Source: a virus
Taxonomy: Duplodnaviria > Caudoviricetes
Strand: one strand, 5' to 3'
IMG/VR virus record: IMGVR_UViG_3300042885_001472
DNA length: 64,000 nucleotides
Every line of letters starts with the position of its first letter. Position 1 is the first letter of the stretch. Under the pieces are notes generated by a model that saw nothing but the letters and a program-made list of their open reading frames with translations, made no database searches and was not told the DNA's origin. Positions 10,499 through 18,242 of the stretch are shown here, piece after piece. The translations under genes were made by a program, and so were the position numbers.

Positions 10499-10825
10499 AT
10501 GAAAACTAAAGAAGAAATAGAACAGTTAGCTGAAAGCCAATATGGAACTGAAATAGGCAGTATAAGAGGGAGTAATCCTTATGACTTAGAAGGAAATAGA
10601 AAAAATGGCTTAAAGGTGCTGTTAGTGGATGATAAAATTAAGTATGATGATTTAAAAGACGGAGATATTTATGAGCAGGAACAAAGCAAAGGCGAATGGG
10701 TAAAAGGAAAAATTTGCCACCATTGGAGAGGTAGTTTAATGATAGAATTAATTGAAGGAAGATTGAATGGGAAGCAATGGTATTTGTTTCCTGATTTAAA
10801 GAGATTAAGGCGTGTGGCAGCTTAA
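10499..10825 (+). CDS. chimeric protein: MKTKEEIEQLAE head, hairpin-arm peptide, cassette body
   Basis: KNGLKVLLV is encoded by an orphan right arm at 10601-10624, identical to the arm in 4087-4314. Confidence 0.7.
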   Translation: MKTKEEIEQLAESQYGTEIGSIRGSNPYDLEGNRKNGLKVLLVDDKIKYDDLKDGDIYEQEQSKGEWVKGKICHHWRGSLMIELIEGRLNGKQWYLFPDLKRLRRVAA

Positions 10826-11088
10826 TTTTATTTGCCACTAACGGTTGAGTGTATGAGAAGGTTTGCTTTGTTAAACTTTCAAATTACCACCGACCTTTGT
10901 AGCTAACTTTCTTATACACCTTGTTATAACCAGTACGGATAAATTAGCACTGAACTTGATACGAAGAACGAATAAAAACTTTTTAAAAATGTGCGGTGGA
11001 AAACTTGATTAATTTAAAAATAAGTAGTATATCTGTAATATCATAATAATAATAAACTAATAAACTAATAAACTAAAAAATTAAACAA

Positions 11089-11682
11089 ATGGCAAAATTT
11101 ATTGAAACAATTTATCCAACTATTGAAGATAGAGTAAGTAGATGGGAAACAATGGGAATGTTACATATAGTTAAATCTGATGATTCTAAAAAATTGGTGG
11201 CGATGGCACTTGATGCAACTGCAATATATCTTACAGAATTTAATTTTAAAAATTTTGATAACGATACAAAAACGGTTTTAATACCAGTAATTGTAAGAAT
11301 TTTCAACGAAACAAACAAAGATTTCACATTAGAAACATTAACTAAATCAGTTAGAAGAATAATTGAAGATTTTGTGGAAAAATATGAAGAAGCAAAACCT
11401 AAGTTTAACCCATTAACTTCCGAAAGAGATGATGATGCTGAATTTATTGCGTTATATTGCGAAAACTATTCTTTTGATGAAAACAAAATTAAAATTAAAT
11501 TTAAAATTACATTTTGGAAAGATATTCCAGAAAGAACATTTATAATTGATGATACCAACTTCTTTCCAAAATATTTTATGGGGTTGGATGGTATTTTATA
11601 TGAAAATTATGGAACAGAGGAAAAACCAATGTGGGAAAATGTTTTTGATAGTGACTATGAGATTGAAATTGTTAATCTTTAA
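11089..11682 (+). CDS. hypothetical cassette protein
   Basis: Unit 10923-11753. Confidence 0.75.
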   Translation: MAKFIETIYPTIEDRVSRWETMGMLHIVKSDDSKKLVAMALDATAIYLTEFNFKNFDNDTKTVLIPVIVRIFNETNKDFTLETLTKSVRRIIEDFVEKYEEAKPKFNPLTSERDDDAEFIALYCENYSFDENKIKIKFKITFWKDIPERTFIIDDTNFFPKYFMGLDGILYENYGTEEKPMWENVFDSDYEIEIVNL

Positions 11683-11884
11683 GGTGGGAAATTTTTAAAA
11701 AGTTTTTCTCACAGAACTTAAATATGGAACACGAATGTAGTATTGGTTATAACGGTTGGGTGTATGAGAAGGTTTGCTTAGATGAACTTTCAAATTATAC
11801 ACAACTGTTATAACCAGTACGGTTAATTTAAGATAAAACTTGATTAAATGAATAATAATTAGTATATTTGTAAAAAAATAAATT

Positions 11885-12358
11885 ATGGAAAACATATTAA
11901 AAAGGCTTGAATATAAAATATTTAAGAAATACGAAAAAAAGATTGAAGATGTAAAAGATTATGTATGGGATTATAAAAAAATCAATAATGACATTACTCA
12001 ACTTGAACACAATGAAACATTGAGTCGTTTTGTGTTATATTATATGAAAGAATTTAACTTAGATGTAATAATTACATCTGGAGAAATTTGCACTATATTT
12101 CAAAACTTTAGTAATTTTTATATTATTGGTGAAAACGATGTATATAATTATAAAAGATATAAATCTGACATTAGTAATGATTTTGAACCATTTTACCTTA
12201 TCAAAGAAGAAGATAATAATATTGGGGTTGTAATTAAAACCAATATTAGAATTGAACCGAATAATATTATACTAACAAACACTGAAGGTTCTAATTATAA
12301 AATAATTGATGTTTGGAATTTACCAAGTGTTAAACTAACTGAATGTTTTAAAAAATAA
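11885..12358 (+). CDS. hypothetical cassette protein
   Basis: First gene of two-gene unit 11807-12719. Confidence 0.7.
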   Translation: MENILKRLEYKIFKKYEKKIEDVKDYVWDYKKINNDITQLEHNETLSRFVLYYMKEFNLDVIITSGEICTIFQNFSNFYIIGENDVYNYKRYKSDISNDFEPFYLIKEEDNNIGVVIKTNIRIEPNNIILTNTEGSNYKIIDVWNLPSVKLTECFKK

Positions 12359-12362
12359 AGAT

Positions 12363-12701
12363 ATGGAAAAAGAAAATTTAAAAACTGGGGTGTACCTCAT
12401 AAAAGCGGATAGTAAAGATTATTCCTTAACAAAAGAGAAAGAAGAGAAAATAAATTCATTAGAAATTAATGAAGAACATAAAGATTTTTTCAAAAATCTT
12501 TTTAGAGAAGAACCAACACCAAAAGGTTATGATTTATTAGTTGAATTGGTTGGTCAAAATCCTTTTTTAAAAATCAAAAGTGTTAAAAATAATGATACTG
12601 GTGAAAATATTACTGAACAATTTACTGATAAAAATATTGATGATGTTAATTCTTTATGGTTATTTACTAAACATTTAGAATGGGTTCTTCAGAACATATA
12701 A
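12363..12701 (+). CDS. hypothetical cassette protein
   Basis: Second gene of unit 11807-12719. Confidence 0.7.
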   Translation: MEKENLKTGVYLIKADSKDYSLTKEKEEKINSLEINEEHKDFFKNLFREEPTPKGYDLLVELVGQNPFLKIKSVKNNDTGENITEQFTDKNIDDVNSLWLFTKHLEWVLQNI

Positions 12702-12846
12702 CGTAGTATTGGTTATAACGTTTTGCAGCTTTAAGAAGTGGCTGCCTAACGGAAAGTTCAAAGTTCGCACAATGTTTATGGCAGCTTTTGCCAAACCGCT
12801 GTTATGTGCTGGGCGGATTATCAGTACTAATTTTAATTTAAAAACG

Positions 12847-13059
12847 ATGTACAAAGCATTTCAAAACAAAAAGTATTATTTGGCGTTTAACCGATTTCCT
12901 AAAACTGCCAAAAAAGTAGGGGGTGTGCATAAAGCATATTCAACAGGATTTAGAAAATGGAATTCTGATGATATGATTACCTACGCAATAGTTGTCGGCA
13001 CATTCAGGATTATGTTTGGAATTAAAACGCCAAATTATACTTGTGATGAAGGATGTTAG
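12847..13059 (+). CDS. hypothetical cassette protein
   Basis: ATG 12847 (MYKAFQ) in unit 12801-13072; the track start at 12709 is probably an over-extension. Confidence 0.6.
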   Translation: MYKAFQNKKYYLAFNRFPKTAKKVGGVHKAYSTGFRKWNSDDMITYAIVVGTFRIMFGIKTPNYTCDEGC

Positions 13060-13129
13060 CCTTGCACATAACGCTTTGCAGCTTTGAGCCGTTTACCAAA
13101 TATTAATAACAAAAAAATAAATAACGAAT

Positions 13130-13309
13130 ATGCCAAAAACAATACATGCAAAAAGAGAAGATTTAATTTGCGGAAAAATAGACTTAGCACAAGATATGGC
13201 TATTAAATTAAAAAGTATCGAATTACTTGAATTATTAGATAGTATCAGATATGATGCTGTAAGAATGGAACAAAAACTTATTAGCAGAAAACAGGAATCA
13301 AAAATATAA
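13130..13309 (+). CDS. hypothetical protein (59 aa, not in the ORF track)
   Basis: MPKTIHAKRE...ESKI*. Same ACGAATATG start context as 4087 and 14703. Confidence 0.6.
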   Translation: MPKTIHAKREDLICGKIDLAQDMAIKLKSIELLELLDSIRYDAVRMEQKLISRKQESKI

Positions 13310-13490
13310 ATAACAGAACCACCGCTTGCAGGTAACGGTTTGCAGATTGCCGAAGGTGGCGAAATCGAAGCACTAAACTTGATATAAAAACGAATGTTAA
13401 ACCGAAGCACAACAGTTGATATTAGCACTAAACCGCCACTTTTGGCAATGTGCTGTTATAAGCCGTTTTTCTTCACAAATCAAAAAATAA

Positions 13491-13830
13491 ATGGATTTAC
13501 GAATTGAATACATTTTCAGAGAAGAAATGAAAAGAGATACATCTTTTCAAGAAAAAAAAAACTGGGTTAAGTTTGCTTTTCGGAACAAACAAATACTCTA
13601 AACAAGAAATGAGAGAAACTTGGGATAGAGGTATTAAACTTGGAATAGAAATAGGATTGCGAAAAGCAAGTTTAGAAGGACAAAGGATTGAACTTAATCA
13701 CAATACACCCGAAGGAAAGCATAAGGAATTTCTTGAAAAGTTTTATCAATTGGCTGATGAATATAAATGTGCTGTCCAATTTCATCTCGAATTTGGAATG
13801 GTAGTAGTTGCTCGTCAAAATGGCTTATAA
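13491..13830 (+). pseudogene. cassette gene frameshifted at an A10 tract
   Basis: MDLRIEY... joins ORF 13573-13830 if the A10 tract (13552-13561) were A9. Confidence 0.55.
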
Positions 13831-13896
13831 CGGTTTGCAGATAAGCGAAGGCAAAGATTTAGAAACGAAAATTTTAACTTAAAAACAAATATAATT

Positions 13897-14160
13897 ATGA
13901 AAACGAGAACATCATTAAACCACAGAACCTTTGCTTTTGCTTATGTGCTGTTAGTAGCTGTTATTTTTTGCGGCTGTGAGGATATGAATAGAGCCGAAGA
14001 ACGCTCAAAAGTATTTAAAACAGCAGTAGAAGTTAATGGCTACCAAATATCAATAATAGAATTTGATAGTTGTCAATACTTAATATCAGGCGTTGGCTAC
14101 TCACAAATGATGACACATAAAGGGAACTGTAAATTTTGTACAGAACGTAGCAAAAAATAA
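13897..14160 (+). CDS. putative lipoprotein, cassette family A copy 2
   Basis: LLVAVIFCGC, HKGNCKFCTERSKK; ATG in the loop of hairpin 13828-13953. Confidence 0.7.
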   Translation: MKTRTSLNHRTFAFAYVLLVAVIFCGCEDMNRAEERSKVFKTAVEVNGYQISIIEFDSCQYLISGVGYSQMMTHKGNCKFCTERSKK

Positions 14161-14290
14161 TTGCTACTAACGTTTTGCAGCTAATAGACGGGCTGGAAAC
14201 TTATATAATTCCGCCTGTTTATTAGGTGCTGTTATAGGTAGTGCCAAATATAAATACTAAAAGAATATTAATAATTAAAAAATAGAAATA

Positions 14291-14632
14291 ATGAACTTAA
14301 AAGAATTTGTAAAATTTACATTTGAAAAATACGAAAAAAACGGGTATTGTTTTAGACCTAGAATAGTTTGTAATGATGGGTTTTCAATGAGTGTACAAGG
14401 TAGTAACGCATTATATTGTAGACCGAGAATTACACAAGATTGGTATGATAAAATGGAAATAGGTTATCCATCAGCAGAAGAAATTGATATAATAGAATTT
14501 GCTGAGGATATTACAAAACCAACTGATACCGTTTATGGTTATGTGCCATGTGAACTTATTGAAAAAGTTATTTTAAAACACGGTGGTATTAACTCGGTTG
14601 AAACATTTAAAGCTTCTAAGGATATTAAATAG
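14291..14632 (+). CDS. hypothetical cassette protein
   Basis: Unit 14231-14646; CNDGFSMSVQ...GYPS...VYGYVP. Confidence 0.8.
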   Translation: MNLKEFVKFTFEKYEKNGYCFRPRIVCNDGFSMSVQGSNALYCRPRITQDWYDKMEIGYPSAEEIDIIEFAEDITKPTDTVYGYVPCELIEKVILKHGGINSVETFKASKDIK

Positions 14633-14794
14633 GCATTACCTATAACGGTTTGCAGCTTTGAGCCGTTTAAACGAATATTAATTTAAAACTAAAACAACGA
14701 ATATGAATAACAATGAAATAGAAAATGGCGCAAAGGTGATGTTGGTACCAGTAGCCAAATTAAAATTTAAAAACAATAACTTAAAAATACAATT

Positions 14795-15055
14795 ATGAAA
14801 AACAACAAAGAAAAATCGTACCAATACGCATCGATGATACAAGAGGCAATAGCTGAATTGATTTCAGAACACGAATTATTAGCTGATTTTGATGATGAAA
14901 ATAACGCAACTGCATTTTTACACGCATTAGCTAATGTAGTGCCATGTAATATTTATAAGAAATTAACTAATGATAATACTGATATTTTAGGTTTTAATCA
15001 TATTGCTAATAGATTAGTATATCAATTTACAAAGCAGGACGAAGCCGAAGCGTAA
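14795..15055 (+). CDS. hypothetical cassette protein
   Basis: Unit 14741-15079. Confidence 0.7.
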   Translation: MKNNKEKSYQYASMIQEAIAELISEHELLADFDDENNATAFLHALANVVPCNIYKKLTNDNTDILGFNHIANRLVYQFTKQDEAEA

Positions 15056-15199
15056 ACGCCAAGGGCTATTGGTACTAACGGTCGGCAATATGAAACGGTT
15101 GCCCTTGTAAGACGTTTCAAAATATGATGCAGTTTTCTGGCAACTGTTTTATATTGCTTGTTATAGCCAGTTAATTTTAATCAATAAAAACGAAAAAAG

Positions 15200-15400
15200 A
15201 TGGAAGCACCTAAATTAAATGAAGTATGGCATGTTCAATATGGAGAAGCCATTGGTAAAGAATACAATATCCTTGTAAGAATAGATGAGGATAAAAAAGA
15301 GTTAAATCCACCGAATTGGAGAAGAAACAAGTATAAATGTGAGCATAAAAGTAAGGAACTGATGGTAGGTGGAAATATGTTCATTGAACGGTTTTCTTAA
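15200..15400 (+). CDS. hypothetical cassette protein
   Basis: Unit 15160-15411. Confidence 0.7.
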   Translation: MEAPKLNEVWHVQYGEAIGKEYNILVRIDEDKKELNPPNWRRNKYKCEHKSKELMVGGNMFIERFS

Positions 15401-15588
15401 TTGGCTATAACGGTTGGGTGTATGAGAAGGTTTGCTTAGATGAACTTTCAAATTATGCACAAATGCTGATAGCAAACTTTCTTATACACCTTGTTATGTG
15501 TAGGTGTGGTTAATTAAGGTAGAATGTTCAATTGGATAACTGAACAAAAATTTTAAAAGAAAAAGAAAGGTGGATTTTTATTATTTTA

Positions 15589-15596
15589 ATATTTAT
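15589..15596 (+). promoter_or_regulatory. putative phage late-promoter motif ATATTTAT (representative copy)
   Basis: Recurs shortly before start codons at 20085, 21256, 38448, 46525, 50002 and 62244. Confidence 0.55.
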
Positions 15597-15611
15597 ATAT
15601 AAAAGAAAACA

Positions 15612-16061
15612 ATGAAAGATTTGAAACAATTTATTAAAACAACCATACGAGAGTTTTTGAATGAGAGTTCAATTGGGAATATTGAATATAAAATAACATA
15701 TTCACCACCAGAAAATATTCATGTTGTAGCAAAGATTGATGGTGTTATAATTGGAACATTATCTATAATAGATGATAGTCATTTCTTATCAACAGAAGAT
15801 GAACCAACATTTACAATTATGTCAGTATTTGTAGATAAAGAATATAGACAAAAAGGTATTTATATAAATTTAATCAAATATTTTTTACTAAATAATAAAT
15901 ATGGTGTCAAATCGTTATATTCTTCAAAAGAACCAGAATTTGATACAGAAAAAAGAACATCGGTTGCTGATGGTTTTTGGAAAAATGTTTATACAAATCA
16001 AAATAAATATGGTGTAAATGTTGATAAAATAGATAATGATTATGAAATTTCTTTAAAATAA
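15612..16061 (+). CDS. GNAT-family acetyltransferase-like protein with virion-targeting-like N-terminus
   Basis: Acetyl-CoA-binding-like VFVDKEYRQKGI; N-terminus MKDLKQFIKTTIREFLNE. Confidence 0.65.
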   Translation: MKDLKQFIKTTIREFLNESSIGNIEYKITYSPPENIHVVAKIDGVIIGTLSIIDDSHFLSTEDEPTFTIMSVFVDKEYRQKGIYINLIKYFLLNNKYGVKSLYSSKEPEFDTEKRTSVADGFWKNVYTNQNKYGVNVDKIDNDYEISLK

Positions 16062-16133
16062 GTGCGGTGGTATTTTTCTTTTAAAATTTCCAACCGAAAT
16101 ATTGATTAGAAGGATGAACGGAACACTTACACA

Positions 16134-16210
16134 TAACTATTATATATAAACAAGTATGGTCTAAACCCTTTAAAATTAATACTTTGAACCAAAAAATTAT
16201 AAAGATTTGT
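16134..16210. repeat. conserved array-terminal site, copy 2
   Basis: 73/77 identical to 6395-6471. Confidence 0.85.
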
Positions 16211-16334
16211 TAAGAAAAGTTTATATATTATAAAATATAACCCAATAACACATAATTAATTCATTAATAACCTCCACTTTAACAATAAATTGATTATTTT
16301 TTTATTATAATAATATTTATATTAAAAAAAAGAT

Positions 16335-16640
16335 ATGGTTAAAGTAGTAAATTTTTTAAAAGTATGGGGGATATTAATTATTTCCGTACTATTATTCTTT
16401 AAAACTTGTTCAATAACAAGTAAAGTGGAGAAGTTATCAAAAGAAACTAAAGAAGAACTTGTTAAGTTAGATAGTACGGTTAAAAGTGAGACTATTTCTG
16501 AAGAAGAATTCAAAAAAATGATCACTATTGAAGGTTTGAAATCAGAAAAAAGAATGATTCAATCAACAGATAGAAAAATTTTAGATGTTAATAGACAATC
16601 TGAAATTGATAAAGAAATTGAAAACTTAGAGAATAAATAA
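16335..16640 (+). CDS. membrane-anchored coiled-coil protein
   Basis: N-terminal hydrophobic helix. Confidence 0.7.
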   Translation: MVKVVNFLKVWGILIISVLLFFKTCSITSKVEKLSKETKEELVKLDSTVKSETISEEEFKKMITIEGLKSEKRMIQSTDRKILDVNRQSEIDKEIENLENK

Positions 16641-17374
16641 TGGTGGGGGATGTGATTATATATACATTAGAATGTCCTTTAAGTAATAAAATTAAATATA
16701 TAGGTAAAACTATGAATTTAAAGCTTAGATTATATGGTCATATTAACAAATCTAAAAATAAAAAAACATATAAAGATAAATGGGTTAATTCTTTAATAAT
16801 TAAGGGTCATAAACCAATTATGAATGTTTTAGATATTGTAAATGAAAATGAATGGGAATTTTGGGAAAAATTTTATATTTCTTTATTTAAGAGTTGGGGG
16901 TTTTCTTTGACTAACCATACGGAAGGTGGTGATGGAGGATCTTTTAAAAAACATTCCATTGAAACCATAAAAAAAATGTCAAATAAAATACCGTGGAATA
17001 AAGGGATTCCATTTTCTGAAGATGTTAAGAAAAAAATGAGTGAGTCAGGAAAAGTAAAAGTTTTTACAAAAACTCATTTAGAAAATATGTCTAAATCACT
17101 TAAAGGTAAAAAAAGAGGTAGTTTTAGTGAAGAATGGAAACGTAATATCAGTAAAGGTAAGTTAAACACGATAATGTCTGAAGAAACTAAAGAAAAATTA
17201 AGAAATACGTCACCAAAAAGAAAGAAAATTATTTGTACAAGTACAAATATTATTTATAACAGCATATCTGAAGCTAGTAGACTTTTAAAAATACCAGTTA
17301 GTACAATTAATGGTGTGTTAAAAAAAAGAAGAAAGTTAGCTCATGGATTATTATTTAATTACTACAATGATTAA
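16640..17374 (+). CDS. GIY-YIG homing endonuclease with NUMOD3 and NUMOD1-like HTH
   Basis: IYTL..KYIGKT..LRLYGH, EKFYI, repeated SEETKEKL-type motifs, YNSISEASRLL. Confidence 0.85.
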   Translation: MVGDVIIYTLECPLSNKIKYIGKTMNLKLRLYGHINKSKNKKTYKDKWVNSLIIKGHKPIMNVLDIVNENEWEFWEKFYISLFKSWGFSLTNHTEGGDGGSFKKHSIETIKKMSNKIPWNKGIPFSEDVKKKMSESGKVKVFTKTHLENMSKSLKGKKRGSFSEEWKRNISKGKLNTIMSEETKEKLRNTSPKRKKIICTSTNIIYNSISEASRLLKIPVSTINGVLKKRRKLAHGLLFNYYND

Positions 17375-18242
17375 TTTTTTTAAAAAAAATAAGTTTAATA
17401 TGATAAGATTTATGCTTATTATTCCAATAATACTAGTTAGTATTATAAGTATAAGTCATGTCACTATTTGGTATAACCTTTCAAATCCGTTAAGTTGGGC
17501 TTTATATTTATCGGTAGCTATTGAAATTGCCGCTATGGTTGCGGTAATGGCCGCTTCATTGAAAATGAAGGGTGGTGCGTGGTGGATTTTCATAATAGTT
17601 TCATTTATTCAATTTATAGGTAATATTTTCTATTCTTATAATGAAATAAACGTTAATAGTCCAGAATTCAAAAGTTGGGTAGAATTGGTCAGTCCAATAT
17701 TTGATATTGTAGGTTTAGATTCTTCAGACGTACTTAGTCATAAAAGGTGGTTAACTTTATTAGAGGGAGGATTATTACCAATAATATCTTTAACTTGTTT
17801 ACATTTCTTTATCAAATATAGTGGTGTGGATGAATCTAATCCAATACCAGAAGTTATTGAAGAAACTATCGTTAATGAGGATAAAGAGGAATTTTATGTA
17901 GTGGAAAATACTGAAGATGAAGAAGTAAAACCATTCAAAGAAGAAGATCTTATACCCTATGAAGAAACTGGGGATGAAAGTGAAGGGATATACTTTGAAC
18001 CAGACACTTCACCCAAAGAAGAAATTGAAGAAATGGTTGTTGAACCAGAGATTTTAGTGGAAGAACCCAATTTAGAAATTTCTCAAATTGAGGAAGAAAA
18101 AAAAAATAACGATGATTCAATCACAGATGTTGAATCAGGAGGACAACCTAATGAGGGGACCTTTAATAACTCCAAAATCCAAATGGGTTCGTCCAAATCA
18201 GGAGAGGGTATAATCTATAAAAATCGTGGTCTTAGAAACTAA
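17367..18242 (+). CDS. multi-pass membrane protein with acidic tail (possible holin-like)
   Basis: About 4 hydrophobic segments followed by an E-rich tail; adjacent to the amidase. Confidence 0.55.
   Translation: MINFFKKNKFNMIRFMLIIPIILVSIISISHVTIWYNLSNPLSWALYLSVAIEIAAMVAVMAASLKMKGGAWWIFIIVSFIQFIGNIFYSYNEINVNSPEFKSWVELVSPIFDIVGLDSSDVLSHKRWLTLLEGGLLPIISLTCLHFFIKYSGVDESNPIPEVIEETIVNEDKEEFYVVENTEDEEVKPFKEEDLIPYEETGDESEGIYFEPDTSPKEEIEEMVVEPEILVEEPNLEISQIEEEKKNNDDSITDVESGGQPNEGTFNNSKIQMGSSKSGEGIIYKNRGLRN

Larger units (their letters stand above)
8173..16210 (+). mobile_element. integron-like gene cassette array 2
   Basis: Hairpins at 8173-8292, 10839-10926, 11750-11810 (deleted arm), 12716-12804, 13333-13458, 13828-13953, 14168-14234, 14643-14744, 15076-15163 and 15408-15496. 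Orphan arms at 8542, ~10601-10624 and 13069. Terminal site at 16134-16210. Confidence 0.85.

Noticed and set aside
11044-11075. TAATAAAC x3 short repeat as iterons or an origin
   Set aside because: Too short and AT-rich; likely slippage in a leader.
2164-16210. Cassette arrays as CRISPR arrays or IS/MITE ends
   Set aside because: Repeats are heterogeneous palindromes, the intervening units are 120-900 bp genes, and no cas gene, transposase or target-site duplications are visible.
16640-17374. Intron-encoded endonuclease splitting a gene
   Set aside because: The flanking ORFs have their own stop and start overlapping the endonuclease gene, leaving no room for intron structure.
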